A DNA stretch of 64,000 bases from Octopus vulgaris. Lineage: Eukaryota. The stretch lies in NCBI GenBank assembly GCA_951406725.2, contig OX597822.1:106144001-106208000 (forward strand). The letters run 5' to 3'. A program made the position numbers and the translations under genes. Shown one piece after another: positions 26,971 to 40,175 of the stretch. Position 1 is the first letter of the stretch. Each line of letters opens with the position of its first letter. The notes under the pieces are model-generated. The model saw only the letters and a program-made list of their open reading frames with translations, ran no database searches and had not been told where the DNA came from.

Positions 26971-27547
26971 GAGTGAGAGAGCAGTTCATGCCATCAAAGT
27001 GACACTGGGGTAAAATATACGAAGCCCAATATACCCATCATGACTACCCGTCTGATAAGGGTACACCAGGCACATGCATCACAACCATATGTGCGCGACA
27101 TGGTGATCTCATATCAAGATAAACAGCACATGACCTTGCGGGTGGGGCCCAGTTAGAATTTTCTTCAGGTTGAGTAGCCCATCCCGCTGAAAAGGTCCCT
27201 GAATAAGGGTTGTTTAAGGATGTTTAAAGAACCACCCATGTTTCCAGAGGTGAATTATTCAAACCCCAAAGAATCCCTCTCAACACACTACTTCTGCTCG
27301 TGATCAGAGATGCAAATATCGTCAGCCACTAAGGGACATGCTCAACTGGTTATGGTCAAACAACTGACAAGCAAATCTGTGGTATTGAGCAGAATATTTG
27401 CTGTAGCCCATCTTTTATACCAAGACAAAACAATGTACATGATAACACTTCCAATCAGTTAAGATCAGAAGCCATGAGAGCCACTGCCTGGTAATGCATC
27501 AGGGCAATTATGGTACTGCATCAGGGCAATGGTACTGCATCAGGGCA

Positions 27548-27549
<2 letters not shown>
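26971..27549 (-). mobile_element. Non-coding ~580-bp retroposed element in (ATT)n
   Basis: Homologous to 49413-49819; triplicated ggtactgcatcagggcaat at its 5' junction. Confidence 0.75.
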
Positions 27550-27619
<70 letters not shown>

Positions 27620-28465
27620 CTAAAGTACAGAGAACAACAGATATGAACTCAGCACTGAAAGTAATTTATTACAGATATTTAACGAAGCCGGAAAAAATCC
27701 TGCAAGACGATTTCCTGTAGTATCGCCTCGCATATCTCCAGAACATATTTAAGTTCATAATTCGTATAATTTAACAGTATTTAATGTTAGGAAGGTTTTT
27801 TTTCCTGCTGTTTTAATCATGAATATTTATTTTAATGTTTCACAAAGTTTAAGTTACAAATCGTTGTAGATTTTTATCAGAATTCAATTCTTGATTTTTC
27901 ATTATTTTAAAAGGAATATTAAAGTTCATTAATAGAAATTAAAATATTGATGATTAATTAATTTGTATTGGCATTGTACCCACTCCACAGCTATATAGAA
28001 TTGCTTTGTTTTCATCAATAATGCTATTAGTAAAGGCATAAAGACCTTTACGTAGTATTTCGTTTCAGCGATAAATCAGAGGTTTCGTGCTCCACAATTT
28101 TTCAGTTATAAATTTATAGGAAATTGCTATGTGTTTTGAAATATTGCTTGTCTCTCAAGTTGTGATAATTTAGTTTGATATGCTTGCATGTCAACAAAAA
28201 TGTTATGTAAATTTTCAAACCATCCAAACATAATTTTCCTCTTTTGTTGATTTTATGTTCATGAAAAAAAAATGCTATAATAATAGTCAAAGGAAACGTG
28301 GAACGATGCCTTCTTGAAATTGCATTTTAATATCATCTTTCAAGACTAGTCTGAACAATTCAAATTGTTGGTTTCATTTTACAGGGAATTCTCGGAGGAA
28401 GAGTGAGTACATTAATAATCTCACGCAGCCAAGCTTCAATTCTTGTTTGATTTCCTTCCCTAATG

Positions 28466-28512
28466 CATACTTCCATACTTCCATACTTCCATACTTCCAT
28501 ACTTCCATACTT
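28466..28512. repeat. 8-bp tandem repeat (catacttc)n, ~6 copies
   Basis: Seen directly. Confidence 0.95.
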
Positions 28513-28550
28513 ATGAATGTATATATATATACATAAACATTTATATGTAT

Positions 28551-28657
<107 letters not shown>

Positions 28658-29725
28658 CATACAAATGTATATATGTGTGTATGAGTGGGTGTCAGAAGAG
28701 ATTGAAACAGTGAAACGCCACCATGTTTGTAATGCTAACCAAACAATCTTATGTAATATTTTCATGTAATTATTTTGTAACTATGTATTTTTAATGTCAT
28801 TGCTATAAGCATCTTTTACGTTATAATATCAAAAGTGTTTACAATAAGAATATTTAAAATACATTTAAAATATATTTCAGACATCAAAAAGAATATGAAT
28901 GTGTTTGAAATATTTAGATACATATGACGCAGTTATCAAACTGAAACGCTCGAAATAATGAGTGTTGCCTAATTAATTAATATATCAATATTAATATTAA
29001 TATATTACATAAATATTAAGAATTGCATATTTTAATACAAATATATAGAAATATAATTATATGAATAAATATTAGTATATATGTACATTTAAAAGATTAA
29101 TATGTTTATATATTATATTTGTCTTATTTGCCGGTATCCAAATAAGAGAAATACACATTATTAACCATCAATCTTTCATGAGCGTCAAAATATACTTTGA
29201 AATACAATACCAATTCTTTCTCTAGTCTACAGTTTTCCTTTTATTATTCTCCTTCAGACAATATTTCAGGTTAGAATTAAGAAACGAAATGAATGAGTGT
29301 TATTTATTTCGGCATGGTAATTGTCCGGCAAGTAAAGCGATCTGAAACCGTTTTATTAAAGTAAAGCAATTAAAGAGTGGAAGACACGTTAGGTAATCAT
29401 AATCACACAAAAATCCAGTTCCATGGAATTGTGTCAGTGACCAGGTCACAGATAGTGCGCTGAATATTCTAACCAATTAATAGATAATTGAATGAAGGTT
29501 ACATTTTTCGTGTGTTTATGAATGGATAACATGATGTCCACGATCTAAAATTAAGTAGCAATGATAATAGAGTGACATAATCATAAGCCGTAGTGAATTA
29601 CTAGAAACACTATACTAACTATGAAATTTATTTTAGTCTATAAATCAAAATTTTGAACATGCTATGCATTATTGCTTCAAGAACTTGTTTGCATGTATAT
29701 ATCTGTGCATGCACAGCTACACACG

Positions 29726-29767
<42 letters not shown>

Positions 29768-29820
29768 CGCACACACACACTATATATCTTATAATATATA
29801 TATATATATAAGATGTATAT

Positions 29821-30156
29821 GAAGGCGCATGGCTCAGTGGTTAGAGCGTCGAGCTTACGATCGTGAGGTTGTGAGTTTGAATCGGAGCGGGCTGCGTGTT
29901 GTGTTCTTGAGCAAGACACTTTATTTCACGTTGCTCCAGTTCACTCGGCTGTAGAAATGAGTTGCGACGTCACTGGTGCCAAGCTGTATCGGCCTCTTTG
30001 CCTTTCCCTTGGATAACACTGGTGGCATGGAGAGGGGAGGCCGGTATGCATGGGCGACTACTGGTCTTCCATAAACAACCTTGCCCGAACTTGTGCCTGG
30101 GAAGGTAACTTTCTAGGTGCAATCCCACGGTCAGTCATGACCGAAGGTGGTCTCAA
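29821..30156 (+). mobile_element. tRNA-derived SINE family S4 (CORE-like cttgagcaagacactt)
   Basis: A-box tggctcagtgg, anticodon-like cttacgat, B-box-like gagtttgaatc; distinct 3' body. Confidence 0.75.
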
Positions 30157-30617
30157 AATAAGATTTAAGATATAAGTTAGAAATATGAAAACCATCTAAG
30201 GGATAGATGTATCCAGAGGCACTCCTGGTAATTGCCTCAGTATGTATGGTCCTTGTTATAAATGTATATAAACAGTAAAAAATATTTTTTAAATATACAG
30301 TAATCTCGGATTTTCACCTATCGCCAGTGTTTTGGAACATAGCACACGCGAGAGTCGAATGATTACTATACGCACACACACATATATTTATATGTACATG
30401 TCTAGGTTATGAGAGGTAATGGTGTCAAGAAGACCGAAAGGTGTCAGGTAATACTGAGAAAGTGCTATGGACAGACTATAGTTAAGCTCCAGGCTCGTGA
30501 TTATGCGAATAAGGAGTCCAACGTAGGTCATATATTAACATGCATATAGATAAAAAATTAACAGAATGAGATAAATGCCAAGGCTGTGAAAGATTTCAGA
30601 ATATTTATAACGAGAAG

Positions 30618-30665
30618 GTCTTACAGCTGTTTCCGGGATATTTTATATATCCTTTCATCGGAGAC
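30618..30665 (-). ncRNA. Minimal hammerhead motif, CCGAUGA core variant
   Basis: Minus strand reads gtct CCGATGA aa ggatat ataaa atatcc cg GAAA cagctg TA agac. Confidence 0.6.
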
Positions 30666-30825
30666 GGTGCGAGAGAATGGTTAAGCAATAGTTATAATAG
30701 AGAAGATATGAAATTGAGAGTAAAGTGGAGGAATGAAAACAGACGTTATTTAAGCAGAATGGGATACATATACGTTTCCTGAGCCTTGTGTATAAGTTCC
30801 AATAGTATTTAAACTTTCTGGCACC

Positions 30826-30873
30826 GTCTCCGATGAAGGGATATATACAATATCCCGGAAACACCCGTAAGAC
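30826..30873 (+). ncRNA. Hammerhead motif, CCGAUGA variant with damaged helix III
   Basis: gtct CCGATGA a gggatat ataca atatccc g GAAA cacccg TA agac; the palindrome is broken relative to the opposite-arm copy. Confidence 0.5.
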
Positions 30874-30940
30874 CTCTTTATAAAAATTCTGAAATCTTTC
30901 ACAGCCTTGATTTTATCTCATTCCGTTAATTTTATATATG

Positions 30941-31221
<281 letters not shown>

Positions 31222-31250
31222 TGTGTATATATATATATATGTACATATAT

Positions 31251-31304
<54 letters not shown>

Positions 31305-32695
31305 ATATACATATATATACATGTATATATATATATATATACATACATTATGTATGTACGTGTGTATGTATATATATGTAGGTATAGATGTGGATATAGA
31401 TACGATGCACGTTTGTATAAAATAATATTGATGAAATATTGATGTCTGAAAACTCATAAAATTTATATCACTAATGTCACGAATGTATATGGCATCATTT
31501 CCATCGTTATAAAGTTGAATCCCTTATGATAAATCCCAATACAAAAATATTGATGTACAGAAAATAAAGTTAAGCAACACGAAGCGCGTACCGCAGGGGA
31601 TGAAAAAACGTTACACGTATTTAAGTCAAATCTTAAAGCTACGTTTTTGATCATTCAGAAAAAAATTTCGACATGATTATTATAAGTTTTATTAAATATT
31701 TTTAAAACAATGCTTACTAGTAACGTTCATTATTCTCCTCTTGCTTCTTTATATACGAACTAATATCTATTGAAGTATTTCAAAGAATATTTCGTTTAAA
31801 ACATGAAAGTCTTAGCAATTTAATATAGTTTTAATTATTAGACGTTGTGTATTACAAAACGGTGCATATATGTTTCAGCCTCTTCCTCAAAACTATTGCT
31901 GCATGATTAGAACTCTCTTATTGGCAACAATAAGATTAATTAGATTGCTTTCATTTTAAACAGATATAATTGTGAATGCTGGATAAAACTCATTCCAAAC
32001 ATTTAAAATTTTTCCTTCTTAAAACTAAATTTTTCCTTCGCTTCGCTTTACTTATTTTCTACTTTATCATTCTTTTATTTAATATTTTCAAATAATCTTT
32101 TATAATTCTTTATTCCCTGCTGTTCCAAAATTCTGTTCTATATTATTTGCTTGCGAATTTTTCATGTATTTTGTGGAAATGTTATAATATTTCAAATTAT
32201 GAACTACTTATTGTTAAAGCAACTGTATAAATATATTCGCACATTCATGCAAATGGAAATAATATATATTCTTTCCAATATATTCCGATTATACACAAAA
32301 CACTTATATATTATACATATATATATATCCGCATAGTATGCATGTATATAACAACGTCAGAATCTATTAAATAACGACTAAAGAATATTTTTAAAATTTT
32401 CCCGTTTTCTATTTTGTTACTTTTTTTATATTTTTCTCTCTCATTTCTAAAATATATATTATACATATTGGGTGAACAGCCTTAACTATACTATATACAC
32501 ATAACAAAAATACTAACGCATGTAACTGCATAGCCAAACACATGAACACACAAACCCATCTTGCAATATATGTGTGTAACTGCATGTGTTTATGCGAAGT
32601 TGTATATAAAAACAATTTAACATTGAATTGGAGATTTACTAAATACTTTTCGCGGTGTACATTTCTATAAAGCATTTACAAGGAAAACTTTGACA

Positions 32696-32861
32696 GTGAC
32701 TTCGACGTTTCGGCTTACCTGCTTCGTCAGATGATCTGACGAGCCCATCAAGCCGAAACTTTGGAGTTACTATTCGAATAAACGCACATACTCGATCTCC
32801 TTATAATTGCAGCCAAGTCTGCTTCAATTCCGTCTGTATTTGTTAGACTTAAATTTCTACC
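32696..32861. mobile_element. Micro fold-back centred next to hammerhead cores
   Basis: gtgacttcgacgtttcggctt...tcgtcagat g atctgacga...aagccgaaactttggagttac; CTGACGA..GAAAC occurs on both strands. Confidence 0.45.
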
Positions 32862-33096
32862 ATATGTTGAATCAATCACTTTTCACAGTAATTATACATT
32901 GACATTCAGAACAAATTAAATAGCATAGTCATGCTTACGCATGAACACATTATGAGGCCATGGTTGGAGCCCCTCTATTCGCTTTGACCTAGTGGTAAGC
33001 AATTGCAGCAATAACAACAACAACAACACTAGCAATCTGATCACCGAAATTATTTCATATTTAACAAGCTTTCTATCCCACATTGGTTATAGTCTC

Positions 33097-33163
<67 letters not shown>

Positions 33164-33382
33164 AAGGCGGCGAGCTGGCAGAAACGTTAGCACGCCAGGC
33201 GAAATGCGTAGCCGTATTTCGTCTGCCGTTACGTTCTAAGGTCGATTTACCTTTCATCCTTTCGGGGTCGATAAATTAAATACCAGTTACACACTGAGGT
33301 CGATGCAATCGACTTAATCCGTTTGTCTGTCCTTGTTTGTCCCTTCTGTGTTTATCTCCTTGTGGGTAGTAAAGAAATAGAT
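33164..33382 (+). mobile_element. SINE family S3
   Basis: aaggcggcgagctggcagaaacgttagc head to gtaaagaaatag tail. Confidence 0.85.
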
Positions 33383-33819
33383 ATTTAAACTCACACTATT
33401 TGGAAACAAGTTCTAATATCATGAAAAGAGAACACCAGCATGACTGCATTCCAGTTACTAAAACCAATAACAATAGCAGTATATAATATACATTTCAGAG
33501 AATATTTCTGCTGAATTGACATTTATTTTTCCTTCATATATCTTTTTGTTATTGGTAACAGTTATCCGGAAATAATTCCAATATTTTCACCATGTCTGTA
33601 AATATTGCCATCTATATCGTGATTACCATCATATCATATTAATTTTCCCATCTTCTAAATCAAAATCCAGTAACTGGATATTCCTCGTTTGCGGTAAATT
33701 GGTATTACGTGATTGCTCTTCGCTACAATTCTAATTCGGGTAAAGAGAATACTTCTATAGCGATTTAACAAAGTTGCACACACACACGTGTGCACACAAG
33801 TAGGTATCTACACACACAC

Positions 33820-33899
<80 letters not shown>

Positions 33900-35556
33900 C
33901 AATGATTAAGGGTAAAATCAATTAATTAATTAATGGTTAAAATTGGCTAATTAATTAAGAAATGGCTAAAAAAACTTTTTGGCTGCTATTTCTAAAAGTT
34001 TCAGTATGTTGCAAAGTAAATTATTTTACTGAGCCCTAATTATATAACGTAATATATATATATATATATATGTGTGTATACACACATACATATTTATATA
34101 TGTATATATATATATATATATACATATACAAATGTATACATGTATGTATATATATATATATATATACACATACGTATGTATATATGCATATATATATATA
34201 TATATACATACATATAATTTATATATATACATGTATATATATATATATATAATTTATATATACATATACCACGAAAAGGATGAAAGGCAAAGTCGAATGA
34301 CGTACGAAATTCTTCCAAGTATTTTTTCCCGGTGTGCTAATAATCCTGCTAGCTCGCCACGTTTCTATGTCACTATATTAACCTAATCTAAAAACAGCAT
34401 TATTCCTGGTGTATGAGGGATACACTTTATATATTATTCTTCAAAATAACACACAAATAGTGAAAGATTATAGTTAAAATAGCTTCTTTTGCTGCAACAT
34501 AAATGCTATCAATGGTGTCTGTTAACAAATACAATTTTAAAATCTAATACAGCTGAATTATAATATCATGTAATAATATAAAATAGCGAAGATCATTTTT
34601 CTGTGAAGATAACACCACACTTTTATAATAGAGTGAGACATATTCGATCGTACGTCAATGATTATTATTTTGATGAAAGTCTGACTGAAAAAAAAAACTT
34701 TAAACTCAGAGAATATATTTATCGAGAAAATATCTTAAATGTTTTAGATTTCATGACATTTTATACTAACGTCAGATTTACAAATGTTAGACATAAAGCT
34801 AAAATTGGCACATACTTAACGAAATTTAGTTTCCTTCCAGTGCATTTTCATTTTATAATTTTAATCTCAATAACAATTTTGGAATTGTAATTTGATCTGA
34901 GGTTGCATTCTCTCCCTTTTCTAGATTTTATGCTCAACAGCCGACATGTTGTAATAAATATAGTTTGAGAGAATCTGACTGGAAAATGTGGACAGACAGT
35001 TATAACGGCTTTACTTTTAAGTTTGCAGGCAGAATCGTTAGCACGTCGGGCAAAGTGCTTAGCGGCAGTTCATCCGTTTTTACGTTCTGTATTCAAATTC
35101 CGCCGAGGTTGACTTTGCCTTTCAGCTTTCGGGTTCGATAAACTAAATGGACTTCTACCGAAATTTGAAACTAATATTAAGTTTGCTGACCTGACCTAAA
35201 CCGGGCTAAAATCAACAATCAAAGCTATAAGTAATACAGTTCAATTAATATTTGATACGATTCGCTTTTCTCTAAAAACACGATGTTTAAAACCTTTATG
35301 CCCAAATATTATAATTCTTAGGCATTGCTTTTACTTACTTCCAATTATTAATTAATTAATTAATCAGTTCACCAGATGAAATATATTAGAATGAATTTTA
35401 ATTCTTTAGCACAGTGTTTTTGTCACAGTGCCCAGCAAAGAGTATGTTGGTTCACTGCAAAAAACATGTAGATACAGCGCAAATTTCATGTACATTATTT
35501 AAGGCTCTGGAATAGTTTTACATATTTGAGCCTCATGTAAAGAACTTGTTATAATT

Positions 35557-35675
35557 TAAAACAAGGTACTCTATACAATAATACAAGGTACTCTATACAA
35601 TAAAACGAGGTGCTACATAAAATAAAACAAGGTATTCAATACAATAAAACAAGGTATTCTGTACAATAAAACAAA
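35557..35675. repeat. ~22-bp minisatellite (aaaacaaggtactctatacaat), ~5 copies
   Basis: Seen directly; degenerate units without spacers. Confidence 0.9.
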
Positions 35676-36176
35676 GATGTCTGGTGGTCAAATATCCATC
35701 ATACACAAGACCAAACAAAATGAAAATTACGTGACCTTTTTGTCTCGGCGCTGGAGGTAGCAGGGATTTAGAGGTAGCGATGTAAGAGAGAGTGCATTTT
35801 GCACCAAAATGCCAGTGTGAAAGTTTCTGTTATGGTAACTACGGCGGTGAAGTATGTTCTAAAAGAACATCTACGTTTGAGAAGGGATATATAAGGTAAA
35901 CTATAGTTATGGGTAATTTTTTCTCGCCCTCAACATAGCAGTATATTGCAAATGTAACAACTGGAGGGATATATAGCTGCATCAGTAGTCCATTGGTACT
36001 CATTTGCAGTTAAGTTGACTGGAGCAAATATAATGACTTGCTCAAGGACTTGACGTACTACCCGGCCCAGGAAGCGAACCCACAATGGTATGATTATGAG
36101 ACTAAGATTCTAACCATTAGATTACGTGCCATCAGTTCTGGACAATGTAGTGAATACTTTTTCTTTTATGTATATG

Positions 36177-36212
<36 letters not shown>

Positions 36213-36247
36213 CGTGTGTGTGTGTGCGTGTGTGTGTGTGTATCTAT

Positions 36248-36570
36248 GTTTGCTTACCAACCGCATGGGTCCGGGTTCAGTCCCACTGCGTGGCACCTTG
36301 GGCAGAAGTCTTCTACTATAGCTTGTGGATTTGGTTGACAGACCGAAACTAAAAGAAACCCGTCATGTGTGTTTGTGTGTCCATGTGTGTAAGTTTGTGT
36401 GACTGTGTTTGTCCCACCACCACCACCCCCGCTTGACAACTGATGCTGGTGCGTTTACGTCCGCGTAACCTAGCGTTTAAGCAAAAGAGACCGATAGAGT
36501 AAGTACTAGGGCCGATTTTTCGGACATGGCCGCAGTGACATAACTGAAACAAATATAAGAGTAAAAGAGA

Positions 36571-36572
<2 letters not shown>
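36248..36572 (+). mobile_element. SINE family S2, truncated and internally deleted
   Basis: Homology to the S2 body and tail. Confidence 0.75.
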
Positions 36573-36607
<35 letters not shown>

Positions 36608-36690
36608 ATCCGAACAAAAAAAACACAACGTGAGGACGTGGAACAAATAAAGTATTATTGGACGCTCAGTGAAGAAGGGAAGAAGGAGGA

Positions 36691-36723
36691 TTTAACGTTT
36701 CGAGCGGAGTTCTTCGTCGGAAA
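36691..36723 (-). ncRNA. Minimal hammerhead-like motif (CCGACGA core)
   Basis: Minus strand reads ttt CCGACGA a gaac tcc gctc GAAA cg TT aaa; ACGT palindrome; ~90 nt from a (TA)n junction. Confidence 0.45.
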
Positions 36724-37029
36724 CATAGGAGAAGGAAAGATCCAGAGAAGGGAAGACAGAGGGAAAAAAATCGCCAACGGTACACACGAGGTCAGGATGA
36801 AGTTTTTTACAGAAAAATTTCATCAAAAAGTGGCAGCATATTAAAATACCTTTAAAGGTTAAAATCATAAACAACTTATAAACAAGAGCAAAAGAAATGT
36901 ATTTCTGTAGTGAGTATAATATGTGGAAATCGACGATTTAAAATTCTGTTATCAGCATATTGGCAGGGAAATAATATTCTTTTGCTCTTGTTTATAATAT
37001 GTATATATATATATATATATATGTATATA

Positions 37030-37444
37030 GGCGCAGGAGTGGCTGTGTGGTAAGTAGCTTGCTAACCAACCACATGGTTCCGGGTTCAGTCCCACTGCGT
37101 GGCATCTTTGGCAAGTGTCTTCTGCTATAGCCCCGGGCCGACCAATGCCTTGTGAGTGGATTTGGTAGACGGAAACTGAAAGAAGCCTGTCGTATATATG
37201 TATATATATATATATGTATATATATATATGTATGTGTGTGTGTGTTTGTCCCCCTAGCATTGCTTGACAACCGATGCTGGTGTGTTTACGTCCCCGTCAC
37301 TTAGCGGTTCGGCAAAAGAGACGGATAGAATAAGTACTGGGCTTACAAAGAATAAGTCCCGGGGTCGATTTGCTCGACTAAAAAAAGGCGGTGCTCCAGC
37401 ATGGCCGCAGTCAAATGACTGAAACAAGTAAAAGAGAAAGAGAA
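37030..37444 (+). mobile_element. SINE family S2, full length
   Basis: ggcgcaggagtggctgtgtggtaag head through gaaacaagtaaaagag tail, within (TA)n. Confidence 0.9.
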
Positions 37445-38368
37445 TATATATATATATAGCCCTTTCTGAACGAACTAGACAAAATCCGTTTCTAATGGCG
37501 CCTCTCTGTTGTGCCTTACATTTCCGCACCCAGCTAGGTATGTTATGTTTTTCACTCACAGTTTTGGACAAATTGTTAAGTACAAGTACTTCAATCATCT
37601 TTCGGTTTTTTAAACTACATATTCACCTCCTCACCATCAATCATTATCTGTAACATTCCTATTATAAAGGTGGTAGATAATCTCCCGTTTCCTTTCTTTC
37701 TCTCTCTCTCTCTCTCTCTTTCGCGCGCGCGCTTTCTCTCTCTTTCTTTCTCCGGTGGACAAAACGAGAAGTATTTTGTAAGATGTTCAAGAGTCACGTG
37801 TACTATTATAAATTTGTATATTTCACATTAAAAATGTATATGCAGAGATTCACATGTCATCATTGTCATGTAGCTGTTGGCATGTTTACATTAGAATAAG
37901 CATATATATACGTGTGTGTGTGCGTATATGTATATATGTATATGCGTATGTGTGTCTGTGTATGTGTGCACGTGTGTGTGTCTATATGTGTGTGCTTCCG
38001 TCTATGTCTGCAAGGATTGGATGTGATTAATATTTCAGCTTTATATTCCTACATTGTTATATTTAGGTATATTTTTAGTCGTATATCGGTAGAGATTATC
38101 CATAGATTGTACGAAGGAGGAGGATATGCTATACATATAAGTTGCCGTATGTGCGTGTGTGTATGTGTATGTTCATGTGTACGGTATGTTTTGCAATATT
38201 GAGGGTTATATGTGTATACTTTCTGTGTATGTGTGGATTTACTTTATGTATACTTACAGATTATATATGCACACGCATATAAATGCCATTTCTAACTATA
38301 CATAAAATATATCTATATTCATATTGGATGCGAGTGTAGATTATTTTATAGGTAAAGATTATGTGTGC

Positions 38369-38406
<38 letters not shown>

Positions 38407-38495
38407 GAGAGTTCACGAAAAAAACAAAAGACGAAGACAGGTGGTGTACAAAACAAACAGATGTATTAGTATAACGCTCAGGAATAGAAAAAGTA

Positions 38496-38529
38496 TTTTA
38501 CGTTTCGAGCCTACGCTCTTCTACAGAAA
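38496..38529 (-). ncRNA. Minimal hammerhead-like motif (CUGUAGA core variant)
   Basis: Minus strand reads ttt CTGTAGA a gagc gtag gctc GAAA cg TA aaa; lies in a ~180-bp element between two (TA)n tracts. Confidence 0.45.
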
Positions 38530-39237
38530 GGGACACAGAAAAAAAAAAACAATTAGAGAAACAAGGAAAAAATGTGTGTAGTGGCTATATATATATATAT
38601 ATATATATATATACCAAAGTATGTATATTTATGTATATTTATGTATGTATGTATGTATGTATGTATGTGGATGGATGGATGGATTGTTTCTAAGCATACA
38701 TAAAGGAAGAGGATGTGTGAGAGGGAGAGAACTAGTAGAAATATTTTTAAGGGACTGCTATAGCTAAATACTGTCCTTTAACCGATACCTCTCTTCCAAT
38801 TTACTTCCCCATTTGTAGGTACGATGACATTGTGTGTAAGGAAGATAAGTTTCTTCACCAAAACGACTTCCTTCTGCTCCGTATTTAAGAGTCCTTTAAT
38901 GAATGAAAAACAAAGACCGCTATTTACTTATTAGACACAGACCTAAGAGGGATGCATTTGCTTTGTATGAATTTAGACTATGTTTCACCTTTTCTGCCAA
39001 CTAATGAAGTAGAAATTATAATTACAAATCTCTAGTAATGAAATAGTCTAGTTGGTATTAATATATTTAGTGGAGTGAGCTAATAAAATTTAATTAATTA
39101 AAATTGCACCCGTAATTACATTGGTGAAGAGAGAGTATCATCAATTTAATGAGTATTCTGAATGAGTATCCTGATTGGCTTTAATTGATGAAAACTTGAA
39201 TGCTTGAGAATCGGAGTGAGTCTGACCATTAGCAATA

Positions 39238-39279
39238 CGGCGACATGTTTTGGTTCTATTAAACCTCATCAGCGAACCG
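39238..39279 (-). ncRNA. Decayed hammerhead motif
   Basis: Minus strand reads CTGATGA ggtt taatag aacc AAAA catg TC gccg; G12 is mutated to A and helix I is imperfect. Confidence 0.4.
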
Positions 39280-40175
39280 AGTCAAACAAAGAAGCATCGG
39301 CATAAACAACCAATCATCTTTATATAATAACTGTTTCGATATAGTAAAGTACGATGGATACATATGCTTTTTCTTCTTCCTGGTAACAAACTCCTTTCGA
39401 TGTTATGTTACACGAACGACGATGCAAATGGCTCACCAAACAAAACAAAAACAGAAACGAAGGGAAATTACTTATAAAGATATCACTCATGCTGATTTCT
39501 ATAGTCTCATGTATTGGAATGTTGCCTCTATTTTACCAACATTCCAGTGCATGAGTCATAGAGAACAGTACAAGGCATCATAATAGTCAATCTTCTATGA
39601 AGAGAATATTCACTTTACTATCGATAATTCAAATTGATAATTCAAAATGTTAATTCAAATTACACTCAGATCATTTACTATATGAACTATTTGATTTGAG
39701 ATAATATCCATAATTAGATCTATGCTTAGATTCCATCTGCCTTCCAAGAAAACCGACTAAATTATCTGCAAATAATAAACAAACAATATCAACTCGGAAA
39801 TATTTTATCTGATTCATCTTTTCTTTAATATACATTATATATCAATACATAATCAAATTTTAATGAACCAATATTTGCAATCACACGCTCACGCATAAAT
39901 ACATATACACATACATGCCATAAATACGTAGCTACAACTTCTGAAATTTAAAAATCATGTATTTTAAATTTTCGTGTATGTTTTAGAAAAAGCTCCAGAT
40001 TTCATTTAATGGAAATATATTCCCAATTAATAAAACGCTCCATTTTTTTTCTCTGAATTTCATATTTGCTATCACTGTCATGACGAAGTAAGGATGGAAG
40101 TTATAAGTGGCAGATTGATTCTGTGATAATATGTAGCTATGGTGTCTGAAATTGATCCTGTTGACAGTTTTAAAC

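Larger units (their letters stand above)
30403..30933 (-). mobile_element. Fold-back element with a hammerhead in each arm and a left tail
   Basis: Arms ~30554-30670 / 30821-30933; ~150-nt tail; abuts (TA)n. Confidence 0.65.

Noticed and set aside
27290-27375. Possible HDV-like ribozyme in the non-coding retroposon (minus strand)
   Set aside because: A P1-like pairing is visible, but I could not build P1.1, P2 or the catalytic junction by eye.
35557-35675. Regular ~22-bp repeats suggesting a CRISPR-like array
   Set aside because: Head-to-tail minisatellite without unique spacers, in eukaryotic intron context.
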